From IMG/VR virus record IMGVR_UViG_3300025771_000023, positions 7,934 through 71,933 of that record: a stretch of DNA of 64,000 nucleotides; one strand, given 5' to 3'. Each line of letters opens with the position of its first letter. The first letter of the stretch is position 1. The notes under the pieces were generated by a model that saw only the letters and a program-made list of their open reading frames with translations, was not told the origin of the DNA and ran no database searches. Origin of the DNA: a virus. The translations under genes were made by a program, and so were the position numbers. Shown piece by piece: positions 48,785 through 56,804 of the stretch.

Positions 48785-48973
48785 TTAAAAGATGTCTGAG
48801 TAATCCTTGATGCTAACATCAACATGCTCATCACCTTCGAGATCTAGAATATCATTCCAGTCTAGATCTTCGGGGCGAAAGTCATCATAACACTCAACGT
48901 CGAGAGTAATGCGTACGTGGCGCTTTGTGTGCATGAGCATGTATCTAGATGCGATGTTTGCGTATTCTATCAT
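48785..48973 (-). CDS. acidic hypothetical protein
   Basis: ITLDVECYDD...LDW..ILDLEGDE; ATGA overlap with upstream peptide. Confidence 0.75.
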   Translation of the reverse strand: MIEYANIASRYMLMHTKRHVRITLDVECYDDFRPEDLDWNDILDLEGDEHVDVSIKDYSDIF

Positions 48974-49143
48974 GCATAATGCCTGTATGCAAGCTCGTTG
49001 TAATCATATGTATCTCGTGCATAATCCTCGTCGAGATCATATGTATCTTGCATATTATATGATGAGTGTACGCCCATCTCGTCGAGATCATATGTATGAT
49101 CTTGTGCCTGAGTATAGTCGAGATCGTAATCGTCGTAGAACAT
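48970..49143 (-). CDS. 57-aa Tyr/Asp-rich repetitive peptide, not in ORF track
   Basis: MFYDDYDLDYTQAQDHTYDLDEMGVHSSYNMQDTYDLDEDYARDTYDYNELAYRHYA, directly behind a near-consensus promoter. Confidence 0.65.
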   Translation of the reverse strand: MFYDDYDLDYTQAQDHTYDLDEMGVHSSYNMQDTYDLDEDYARDTYDYNELAYRHYA

Positions 49144-49176
49144 GAGAGTCTCGTCGAGATGTGTGTTTACTTTATA

Positions 49177-49205
49177 AGTATATGATGATCTCGTCGAGAT
49201 GTCAA
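49177..49205 (-). promoter_or_regulatory. sigma70-type promoter TTGACA-N17-TATACT
   Basis: -35 at 49200-49205, -10 at 49177-49182; palindrome inside the spacer. Confidence 0.85.
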
Positions 49206-49234
49206 GTGTGAGTCTCGTCGAGATCCATAACCAT

Positions 49235-49242
49235 TATTTATA
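49235..49242 (-). promoter_or_regulatory. late promoter-like TATAAATA
   Basis: Exact motif between two palindromes. Confidence 0.5.
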
Positions 49243-49292
49243 AGTCTCGTCGAGAAAATGTGTAGGTCTCATGATTTTTCGCGGCGCGGCAC

Positions 49293-49321
49293 TTGACAAA
49301 CTGCGCGTCTTATGATACGCT
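49293..49321 (+). promoter_or_regulatory. plus-strand sigma70-type promoter TTGACA-N17-TACGCT with extended TG
   Basis: -35 at 49293-49298, TG at 49313, -10 at 49316-49321; no ORF downstream. Confidence 0.65.
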
Positions 49322-49470
49322 CGCTAAACTTGCATCAGGGAGGGACCTTTTCATAAGATATAAAGCATAAGATCTGGTGGTTTCAGAAGGTTTTAATGAG
49401 GTTTATAAAGCATAAGAATGAGGTGCTTTATGAGAGGTTTATGAGGTTCTTTATGAGTATTAAAAGATAC

Positions 49471-49534
49471 TTTTCCACAGGATAATAGAGGTTTTCCACA
49501 CTATTATAATACTTTTCCACAGGGTTGTGGAAAA
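49471..49534. promoter_or_regulatory. cluster of four DnaA-box 9-mers TTTTCCACA
   Basis: Direct copies at 49471, 49492 and 49513 (21-bp period), inverted copy at 49526; AT-rich tract follows. Confidence 0.75.
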
Positions 49535-49592
49535 CGAAACAAAACACTAAAACATATTTAAAATATCTTTTTAAATATAAAATTAACCAAAT

Positions 49593-49859
49593 TTACCTCT
49601 TTTTAACGTATTCCAGGTCTTTCCAATCCTCTGGATACACTACAACCAAACATCTTTCATTCCGATGAAACGTTGCATCATTGAAACTCTCTTCACTCTT
49701 CTCTCTTACCATAATCTCAAGAGTTAGATACTGTTTATGTTTATCAACAAAGTATATCCAACCCTCCATATGTTTGTGCTTTACATAATGATCTACTTGT
49801 GGCGCGTAGTGCTGATCTTGATCAATGTGAGGAACTTGTTCCGGTGGTACATAAGTCAT
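49593..49859 (-). CDS. hypothetical protein
   Basis: 88 aa; EGWIYF...YLTLEI...W.DL.YVKKR. Confidence 0.75.
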   Translation of the reverse strand: MTYVPPEQVPHIDQDQHYAPQVDHYVKHKHMEGWIYFVDKHKQYLTLEIMVREKSEESFNDATFHRNERCLVVVYPEDWKDLEYVKKR

Positions 49860-50029
49860 CAGTTATCAAGTACTGCTCTCATTCTTTTTGGAGAATAACC
49901 AAGATTTAAATATTCCTGCAATTGTTGATCACATTGTTCCTTTGTAAGTTTGACTGCATCATCTGCAATCAGTTCCCAACCAGTAGTACAGAACTCTTCA
50001 ATACGATACAATTTAATTTCTTCTGTCAT
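49859..50029 (-). CDS. hypothetical protein, not in ORF track
   Basis: MTEEIKLYRIEEFCTTGWELI...LTKEQC...RAVLDN; coupled on both sides. Confidence 0.7.
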   Translation of the reverse strand: MTEEIKLYRIEEFCTTGWELIADDAVKLTKEQCDQQLQEYLNLGYSPKRMRAVLDN

Positions 50030-50262
50030 GTTGTAAATACCTCCAGAATACCTGACTGATAATCTTCTAACAATTTAAACTTTTGGGCAGTAAGAATCTT
50101 TTCCATGATCTTACTTGTATATCCTTCATAACTATTCAATTGTTCTTCATTGACAATAGTATTAAAAGCATCATTATCATTCTCTGCAATAAGAGTTACC
50201 ATTCCACCATATTCTGATTGTGGAAATGGTACCCAGTAATCAATAATATACAAATACTTCAT
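50026..50262 (-). CDS. hypothetical protein
   Basis: YIIDYWVPFPQSEYGG; ATGA overlaps. Confidence 0.8.
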   Translation of the reverse strand: MKYLYIIDYWVPFPQSEYGGMVTLIAENDNDAFNTIVNEEQLNSYEGYTSKIMEKILTAQKFKLLEDYQSGILEVFTT

Positions 50263-50501
50263 TCTACAAAATACTCCATTTCTCCGGTTTCAAGATTGAG
50301 GGCATGATAGTCATACATATACTCATCATACTTATGACCAGTCAGATTTGTGTACTGTCGTTCCAATTCACATTTAACTGATATGAGTTGATTGTGTATA
50401 TAACTCTTCCATTCATTATCTTCTGTCAAATGAACAACATTATCCATTTGTAGAAGAGCAGACATCAACTTGTCCTTTTCAGTAAGATGCTTCATGATCA
50501 T
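50259..50501 (-). CDS. hypothetical protein
   Basis: Helical 80-aa ORF in operon. Confidence 0.7.
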   Translation of the reverse strand: MIMKHLTEKDKLMSALLQMDNVVHLTEDNEWKSYIHNQLISVKCELERQYTNLTGHKYDEYMYDYHALNLETGEMEYFVE

Positions 50502-50691
50502 ACTTTTGAGTGTTCTTGTAAGAGATGGTTTCTAAATGAGTATGAAGTTTATTATAAAGAGTTGGAACTGATCCGTGTTCTTTGGCAATACGATTCTCTT
50601 CACTCAGTTCTAATGTTTGAAGTGCAGATAAGAGTATATTAATTTCATTGGAGTTAAGATTCATTATTGTTTCGTACATGTGTCTCCTCAA
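50479..50691 (-). CDS. hypothetical protein (start probably internal)
   Basis: MNLNSNEINILLSALQ...LYNKL. Confidence 0.65.
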   Translation of the reverse strand: MRRHMYETIMNLNSNEINILLSALQTLELSEENRIAKEHGSVPTLYNKLHTHLETISYKNTQKYDHEASY

Positions 50692-50814
50692 ACATTGTAT
50701 CTATCTTATCAACAATCATAGCATAATCATTTATTTCATCTTCTGGTACAATGAAACCTTCTGCTTCGACTGCATCACGAATGATTTGTAATTCTTTCTC
50801 AGTAAAATGAATCA

Positions 50815-50937
50815 TCATTTGATTTGTGATTTGTAAAAGCGTTGAAAAGCAGTAACCAGAATAATCCCAGTGCTAATAATACCAAGTAACCCCAGAAGAG
50901 TAGTGCCATTTCCGGCAGAGAAATCGTAAGTATTCAT
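50815..50937 (-). CDS. 40-aa membrane peptide, not in ORF track
   Basis: MNTYDFSAGNGTTLLGLLGIISTGIILVTAFQRFYKSQIK; ATGA overlaps at both ends. Confidence 0.65.
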   Translation of the reverse strand: MNTYDFSAGNGTTLLGLLGIISTGIILVTAFQRFYKSQIK

Positions 50938-51149
50938 TCGTATGTATGTGTCATAGGGCAATCAAGATGAGTATTTGGTGGAAGTGTGATACAGACACGT
51001 TGTAATCGATCCGCATAATCTTCGGAACGAATGGCAAAGAATACCATGTTCACTCCAAATACAAAAAACAACAAGAGAAAGAAGTAATCAATTCTTCGAA
51101 TCATAAAGTTTTGCAATGCGATACTGATCAGTTGCAGTCTCTTTATCAT
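50934..51149 (-). CDS. small membrane protein (start probably internal)
   Basis: YFFLLLFFVFGVNMVFFAI then C..LP...H.DC. Confidence 0.65.
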   Translation of the reverse strand: MIKRLQLISIALQNFMIRRIDYFFLLLFFVFGVNMVFFAIRSEDYADRLQRVCITLPPNTHLDCPMTHTYE

Positions 51150-51315
51150 AAACCTCTACAATACTATCATAAACTTCCTCTTCTGTCATCTCTTTCATCT
51201 CTTCGGCAATCTTTAAAATTGCATACTCAATAATGGCATCTTCTTCCATTTCATCAACAAGTACAGAAGCATAATTCTCCTTGAAAAACTGCAGTTGGTT
51301 TGGAGTGAGTGTCAT
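51088..51315 (-). CDS. acidic hypothetical protein
   Basis: Paralog of 46260-46508. Confidence 0.75.
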   Translation of the reverse strand: MTLTPNQLQFFKENYASVLVDEMEEDAIIEYAILKIAEEMKEMTEEEVYDSIVEVYDKETATDQYRIAKLYDSKN

Positions 51316-51318
51316 GAT

Positions 51319-51516
51319 TCAGTTGGGAATACGGCGGACGGATTCGATATTGTGTAGGGGAAACTCTTGATGAAGATGTTGAATACAATCATCCATATCA
51401 ATACACTCCTCAATAGTAGTGAAAGTAAACTTATCAGGATTGGACTGAAGTGAAAGAATCACCTTAAACGTTTCCATGGTAGTAATCATTTTGGTTGGGT
51501 TTGGTAGAGAGATCAT
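51319..51516 (-). CDS. hypothetical protein
   Basis: 65-aa ORF with ATGA overlap. Confidence 0.65.
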   Translation of the reverse strand: MISLPNPTKMITTMETFKVILSLQSNPDKFTFTTIEECIDMDDCIQHLHQEFPLHNIESVRRIPN

Positions 51517-51773
51517 ACAGGCACAGTTGTATAAAACAATCCTGCTGCTTGCATCATCTTACACAATGTCAATTGAATCTCATCCAACTGTTCCTTCATA
51601 TCAACTTCATCTCCCATCAGTGCCATAAAGTCAACAAAGTCAAACTCTTCCAGATTGATGGTATTGTCATGATGAATTGGAGCGCAGAACAACTCACCTT
51701 CTGTACAAACAGTATAAACACAACCGTGCTCCTCAACAGTCAAATAAACACCAGAAAATTCAAGATCGGTCAT
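51513..51773 (-). CDS. hypothetical protein
   Basis: Start shortened to MTDLEFSG behind TATAAT at 51796-51801. Confidence 0.7.
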   Translation of the reverse strand: MTDLEFSGVYLTVEEHGCVYTVCTEGELFCAPIHHDNTINLEEFDFVDFMALMGDEVDMKEQLDEIQLTLCKMMQAAGLFYTTVPV

Positions 51774-51795
51774 TTGCTTTGTCTGAACTGAAGTT

Positions 51796-51854
51796 ATTAT
51801 AGAATGAATGGATCCGATTTGGGAGTGGGAATGTGCCACTCCCTGAACTGGCAT
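51796..51854 (-). promoter_or_regulatory. early promoter cassette (-10 TATAAT)
   Basis: TGTGCCACT...AACTGGCA at 51832. Confidence 0.75.
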
Positions 51855-52090
51855 CAGCAGTAGACAGGAGAGTAGTCAGAACCCTGGTATGCTTCCAGGT
51901 TGAAGTCGGTTACAGTGGCACCATTTGCAAGATACTGATTGATGTCATACATTGCATCAGACTTCACACGAGTGGTGAAAGATGTCATCTCAGTCTCTTC
52001 ACCCTTGTGCCAGATGACACGCTTTACGAAACGCTTACCGGTGCCGACGGGATAGAAGTCGATCTGAGTGGCAGAGGTTTGAAGTTGCAT
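51854..52090 (-). CDS. hypothetical protein
   Basis: 78-aa ORF behind its own promoter. Confidence 0.75.
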   Translation of the reverse strand: MQLQTSATQIDFYPVGTGKRFVKRVIWHKGEETEMTSFTTRVKSDAMYDINQYLANGATVTDFNLEAYQGSDYSPVYC

Positions 52091-52114
52091 TTGGGGTTGG
52101 TTGCTTATGTGCTT

Positions 52115-52171
52115 ATTATAGTGCCGACTGGGGCAGAGTCAGATGCCGAGTGGACAGTTGCTCAACCGTCC
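52115..52171 (-). promoter_or_regulatory. early promoter cassette (-10 TATAAT)
   Basis: GTGGACAGTT-GCTC-AACCGTCC at 52150, 30 bp from -10. Confidence 0.8.
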
Positions 52172-52572
52172 TTCATAAAAGAGTCCAGATCAACCCTTGA
52201 ACCGAAACTATAATCGTATTTCAAAGAATTTGCGCAAACATAATGCGGATGTTCCGTACTTACTCCCAGTCTTTCACAAAATTCTGAATGATTATCCTCC
52301 ATAAGTTCAACTGCATAGAGCATGTAATTCAAAACATGATCAAGATCATGATATTTGACCAGTTCGTCGCGGAGAGCGATCAGAAAGTTGCCGCTTCCCG
52401 CAGAATCGTCCAAAAATTTGGATTTGGGATCTTTTAGACTCTCTTCTGGTATGGATTGAACCATTTGAATACAAATTTCCATTGGAGTAAATACTTCTCC
52501 CGTAGAATTGATTCTTTCATCAGATCTCTCAATCTTAGATCCAACATTCTGATTATGTTTGTTTCTACTCAT
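52162..52572 (-). CDS. DNA methyltransferase SAM-binding half (motifs X, I-III only)
   Basis: GEVFTP, FLDDSAGSGNF, LYAVEL, CANSL; no NPPY. Start moved to ATG 52572, overlapping the upstream stop. Confidence 0.85.
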   Translation of the reverse strand: MSRNKHNQNVGSKIERSDERINSTGEVFTPMEICIQMVQSIPEESLKDPKSKFLDDSAGSGNFLIALRDELVKYHDLDHVLNYMLYAVELMEDNHSEFCERLGVSTEHPHYVCANSLKYDYSFGSRVDLDSFMKDG

Positions 52573-53554
52573 TTGGCATATCCGGGATGGTTTTGAATAG
52601 TTCCTTACTATTGACATTTGAAATCTTATTCATTCGAACAAGATTTTTAACTTCTTCGGACAAAAGATAATCTCTCAAACGTTCGCTTTCTTCAAGAGAA
52701 TTGGTCTTCAAACAAACTGCCGAACTACTAATCGAATGTTCATATTGCTTGACGTAAATTGCTCCAAAAGATTTCTCCGTACCTCCGTACTTACTATTCA
52801 TAATGACTCCATGTTGATTTACGCAACTGAAATGCTGAGATTCATCAACCATTGTTATAATAGGACCATTCCCCCTAAATCCTCCCATAGTCTGAACCAT
52901 AGGACAATTTCCGGGTTTTAATTCATGTAGAAAAACATCCCCTGTTTGATGACGATATGCCATGTTATTGGATACTTCAACAACATAATCAGGATTCGTC
53001 AACTTGATACAAGTCTCTTCATTCAAATACATCTCCTTGACAGTACCATCCATAAAGGTAATCTTTGTTGGTCCCCTATAACCTCTCTTCCATGTTGGAA
53101 TACAAGTTTCAGTCAAAGAAATGGTGGGAAAGGTACTCTCTGGCAAAGCTTGAAGAGATATTAATCCTCCCTCAGATCCTCCAAATAACTTCTTTCTAAA
53201 TGCAGAACCTTTCTTTGCAAAAAATTTAGAACGAATAATCATGGAAACATAACTACTTCGCTCCATTGCTCTTGCATAAAAAATACAATCTAAATCCTTG
53301 GATCCTCCACCGGAAGAAGGTCCAAGAATAGTTGATGGATCAGTATAGGGAGGATTACCAATGGTTGCAGTAAAGTCCATTGAACAATTATCCCACTTAT
53401 CAAAACTCATAGTATTATAACCCTTTTTACGAAAAAAATCAATATATCCAGGAAGAGTTGCAATGACTGTTACTTCTCCTCGTTTGGATAAGTTTTCAAT
53501 GTCAGACATTGCTCCATTTCCAGGTTCTTTTACAAGATATGCAAAACTTTTCAT
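52565..53554 (-). CDS. N6-adenine methyltransferase catalytic/target-recognition half (Eco57I-like)
   Basis: DFTATIGNPPY (motif IV), MII.SKF...G..FRK, long C-terminal TRD-like region; lacks a canonical motif I. Confidence 0.8.
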   Translation of the reverse strand: MKSFAYLVKEPGNGAMSDIENLSKRGEVTVIATLPGYIDFFRKKGYNTMSFDKWDNCSMDFTATIGNPPYTDPSTILGPSSGGGSKDLDCIFYARAMERSSYVSMIIRSKFFAKKGSAFRKKLFGGSEGGLISLQALPESTFPTISLTETCIPTWKRGYRGPTKITFMDGTVKEMYLNEETCIKLTNPDYVVEVSNNMAYRHQTGDVFLHELKPGNCPMVQTMGGFRGNGPIITMVDESQHFSCVNQHGVIMNSKYGGTEKSFGAIYVKQYEHSISSSAVCLKTNSLEESERLRDYLLSEEVKNLVRMNKISNVNSKELFKTIPDMPNE

Positions 53555-53556
53555 AA

Positions 53557-55800
53557 TCAAATCGAATCAATCAAATTGAAATCAAATAAATCTGTTGGGT
53601 GATCACAACTACCAAATCCAAAATATTTGTATTGCCCTTCGGATGATGCACTCTTGGTTAGAATCAAATTCATAAAAACCTCAGGAAGATAATCATAAAA
53701 ATGTTCAAGAATCAGTTCAGGATGAATACCAACCAAACTGAGATAATCTTTTACTTTGTCGGCATCAGATGAAATCACCATCATAGCATCCTTGAAGTTA
53801 TTTGAACCAGGAGCAAGATAGTAAACATTTCCGGCAGTCTTGATAATCGAAAGAATCTTTTCCTTGAATTTCTTGATTTTTGCCTCATTGGGATCAGAAC
53901 TTTTTTCGGAAGAAGATTCTGTTGAAATATAACTTTTTGCCGACTCAAGAATTGGTTCCCATTCTTTTTTAGTCTCGCTGAAACCACCTGTCTTGACTCC
54001 TTTTAGGAGATTATCAAGATCAATATTGGCAAACATTTTATCCCAGTCAAGAATTGAACTTGCCATGTTCTGAAGATTCTCATCAGACATTACATACTCC
54101 GAGAAATCAGAAATAGAACGCCTTGAGAGATAACCATACTCATCCTTGCGATAGAAGTTTACCAATCCAAAGACACGACGAATGGCATAATCAACATCTG
54201 AAGAATGCTTCTTCAGACTAGAAGAAATAAGATCAGTTTCAAAGTTAGAAGATCGTTCAGTATTGAATGACCAATTAATAATCAGACCTACTTTCTTTCC
54301 ACAACCAGGAGTAAAGCAGCGTGATGACTTTTGAATGGCAGAAGACATCGAACCACCATCAGAGCAGTTAATGACGGAGATGATGTTTGGAATGGAGAAA
54401 GAACGAGCACCCATAGAGCAGGATACAATAATTGTACGTTCTTTATCACTATTGTTTATCAACTTCTTGATCAAATCTTCTGCAGAGCGATTACTGTATT
54501 CATCACTGTGTAGAGCAACCCAGTTACACCACGGAGCAATACTCTTACCCAAGTTGATAAAATTATCTACATCTGCCTTGGTTGTTGGAATAAACAGCAT
54601 AACAGCGGGTTTTTCAATAGAACCATACTCTGATTCATACAAACCAAATACGTCTTGATTTGTATCTTCATCACAGAGTTCCCGCTTGATAAACTCTCGC
54701 TGAAGATGACCATTACGCTTGGAAAAGAACTTAACCATGTTAGGTCGATCTTCTTTACTCAAGTTATTATGCAAATCAATAAAAGTCTGATTAGCATCCA
54801 AAGTAAGACAATCAACCTCTACAAGATTGTCAAGTTTAGATGCCCAACTCTGAGGATCATCACAGCAAAATCCTCCGGGTTCAAACAATGGACCCTTACA
54901 CCGTTTTGCCTCCAATAGATCCAAATAAGAAACTGTAATAGGCACCTCAACTTCATGAGATCCAATCAGTGCTTTTTCAATATTGGTGCCAGTAGCAACA
55001 CAAACAAGGTTGATACCAGAGTTAATAAACTGTGATGCAGTCTCTCTGCTGGATGAAGTCCATGCTCCAAAGTCTGCCTCATCAATGATAATGAGTTTTT
55101 TATAGACTGATAACGCAGAAATCAGCACAGGATCAATCTTCTCTGCATCAGTATGCAAGGATAAATCGATTAGTACACGCTTGCCTTGAGAAATTGCTTT
55201 CTTAAATTCTTCGTATTTGGGTTTAATGACTGCAATATCAGCAGTAATATCAAAACGTTCGTTAACTGCGGATACAAAAGAATTATTTGCTGCCAACCAA
55301 TGTGCGGCAACTATCATGACTTCAAGACCAGAATCTTTGAACAAAGAAAGTGCCTGAAGAGTCTTGCCAAAACGTGGAGCAAGGTTTAGAGGTTGAGTAA
55401 CAGTACGAGTGCCATCAAAACGACTAAGAATAACACTATTGACCCATGCCTGATGAGGGCGAGGATCAAAATACTTATTGACCTTTACAACTCCATTCTT
55501 GTAATTAAATAGTTCCTTCTCCGCATCTTCTACGGTAATATAGAACCATTCACGTTCTTTGCGACTCCTTTCATAACCCAGAATTTCAAGATATTCATGA
55601 AACTCCCGATCACCAAATGATGTATAGTAACTACCCTTCTTATCTAAAGGTAAAGCACATGCAGTAGTGTCCTGCTGTTTAATACGCTCATCAACTACTT
55701 TTAATTCTGTGTCACCAATCTTGAGTTTAGGAGTCTTTCCTAAGGCAATTTGGTCTTCATACCTATCGGTGTCAGAATAAAAATAGATTTGTTTGGTCAT
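53557..55800 (-). CDS. GIY-YIG/T5orf172-like nuclease fused to SF2 helicase
   Basis: N-terminal IYFY...KLKIGDT...RIKQQ...D..FH..L...REWF; then APRFGKT, IIDEADFG, ATGT, QKSSR helicase motifs. Confidence 0.85.
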   Translation of the reverse strand: MTKQIYFYSDTDRYEDQIALGKTPKLKIGDTELKVVDERIKQQDTTACALPLDKKGSYYTSFGDREFHEYLEILGYERSRKEREWFYITVEDAEKELFNYKNGVVKVNKYFDPRPHQAWVNSVILSRFDGTRTVTQPLNLAPRFGKTLQALSLFKDSGLEVMIVAAHWLAANNSFVSAVNERFDITADIAVIKPKYEEFKKAISQGKRVLIDLSLHTDAEKIDPVLISALSVYKKLIIIDEADFGAWTSSSRETASQFINSGINLVCVATGTNIEKALIGSHEVEVPITVSYLDLLEAKRCKGPLFEPGGFCCDDPQSWASKLDNLVEVDCLTLDANQTFIDLHNNLSKEDRPNMVKFFSKRNGHLQREFIKRELCDEDTNQDVFGLYESEYGSIEKPAVMLFIPTTKADVDNFINLGKSIAPWCNWVALHSDEYSNRSAEDLIKKLINNSDKERTIIVSCSMGARSFSIPNIISVINCSDGGSMSSAIQKSSRCFTPGCGKKVGLIINWSFNTERSSNFETDLISSSLKKHSSDVDYAIRRVFGLVNFYRKDEYGYLSRRSISDFSEYVMSDENLQNMASSILDWDKMFANIDLDNLLKGVKTGGFSETKKEWEPILESAKSYISTESSSEKSSDPNEAKIKKFKEKILSIIKTAGNVYYLAPGSNNFKDAMMVISSDADKVKDYLSLVGIHPELILEHFYDYLPEVFMNLILTKSASSEGQYKYFGFGSCDHPTDLFDFNLIDSI

Positions 55801-55958
55801 AATTTTGGATTACAAATGAAGAAGTTATACTGTTGCCCATAAGTGTCCTCTGCAATTTTACAGTAGTATTGGGGAGGTGGTTCTGGCAATCTATACAATG
55901 TTACCATCGCAATGATTACCTGAATAAACGGAAGAATGAAAACAATTTTGTCTCTCAT
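55797..55958 (-). CDS. 53-aa membrane-anchored peptide, not in ORF track
   Basis: MRDKIVFILPFIQVIIAMVTLYRLPEPPPQYYC...; ATGA overlaps on both sides. Confidence 0.65.
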   Translation of the reverse strand: MRDKIVFILPFIQVIIAMVTLYRLPEPPPQYYCKIAEDTYGQQYNFFICNPKL

Positions 55959-56140
55959 GTATTAAGAGCAGTTTTCATACCAAGCAGTTTACCATAGATT
56001 TTGGCATAAAACAATCGAACTGACTTTTCTTCATCATTCATGATTTGATCCTTGACTAACTCTAACAAAGCATCAATCTCATCCCCCTGAAGATCAGGGG
56101 GAGTATTTCCATAGTGTTCTGTAACTTTCATCTTAATCAA
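55955..56140 (-). CDS. hypothetical protein
   Basis: 61-aa ORF in operon. Confidence 0.65.
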   Translation of the reverse strand: MIKMKVTEHYGNTPPDLQGDEIDALLELVKDQIMNDEEKSVRLFYAKIYGKLLGMKTALNT

Positions 56141-56547
56141 CCCTTTTTAAAGGTCAGGTAGAGATACTCACCTGCCCAATCAGCATTCTCCAGCAACCAC
56201 TCACGTTGCTCAATGATTCGCAGATCATAACGAACACCCTTGGCAGGTGCTTTGAACGATGCAGGTTTGTAGACTTCACCAGTCTTCTTATCAACAAAAG
56301 CATGGACAGAGCGAGAACCAGCACCAGTCTCCATAATGATTTTGTGATACTTACGACCACTCTCAATATAGAATTTGTAAGGATCAGAGTTAGGATGAGA
56401 CTGCTTGAAGTTGTCAACCAGAGCATCACACAGCATCAGAGTCCACTTATGAACATTCAGTTGAATGGTGTTGCGGGCATCCTGCTGGGCACAGAAGTCA
56501 GCAAAGGCGTTGGCGTCGGCACACTGGGCAGCAAAGTCGATGGTCAT
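56137..56547 (-). CDS. conserved phage early protein
   Basis: GRKYHKI...SVHAFVDKKTGEVYKPASFKAPAKGVRY. Start shortened to MTIDF behind TATAAT at 56576-56581. Confidence 0.85.
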   Translation of the reverse strand: MTIDFAAQCADANAFADFCAQQDARNTIQLNVHKWTLMLCDALVDNFKQSHPNSDPYKFYIESGRKYHKIIMETGAGSRSVHAFVDKKTGEVYKPASFKAPAKGVRYDLRIIEQREWLLENADWAGEYLYLTFKKG

Positions 56548-56618
56548 GGGTGGAGGTCCCTTTGTGTATGAACGTATTATAGGGGCATATGGGGGCGTTT
56601 CAGTGCCCCCTTTGCCAC

Positions 56619-56804
56619 TCAATAAAGTGGTTTGCGAACAGGTCGATCAAACTTAGACATTTGATAACCTTCGCGGATTGCCTGAATGATTATGTTGTCA
56701 TAAGAATGAGAGAATAATGGAATGTGACGATGCAGCAGATAATCTTCACAATCTTCTGCAAGTGCTTCTTTTTCGTCGTGAGTCAGAGTGTTGAGATCAA
56801 TCAT
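56619..56804 (-). CDS. hypothetical protein
   Basis: 61-aa ORF, ATGA overlap. Confidence 0.7.
   Translation of the reverse strand: MIDLNTLTHDEKEALAEDCEDYLLHRHIPLFSHSYDNIIIQAIREGYQMSKFDRPVRKPLY

Larger units (their letters stand above)
49027..49254. repeat. six copies of the palindrome CTCGTCGAG (extended form ATCTCGTCGAGAT)
   Basis: At 49027, 49078, 49150, 49190, 49214 and 49246. Confidence 0.95.

Noticed and set aside
48909-49145. Plus-strand 78-aa ORF with RRDHMY repeats
   Set aside because: It is the antisense of the YDLDE peptide; the promoter and operon coupling support the minus strand.
49027-49254. CTCGTCGAG repeats as a mini-CRISPR
   Set aside because: The repeat is only 9-13 bp and the spacing is irregular (51, 72, 40, 24, 32 bp).
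52162-53554. Split methyltransferase as a frameshifted pseudogene
   Set aside because: The halves are in reverse order relative to a single-chain enzyme, and each has a coupled start and clean stop.
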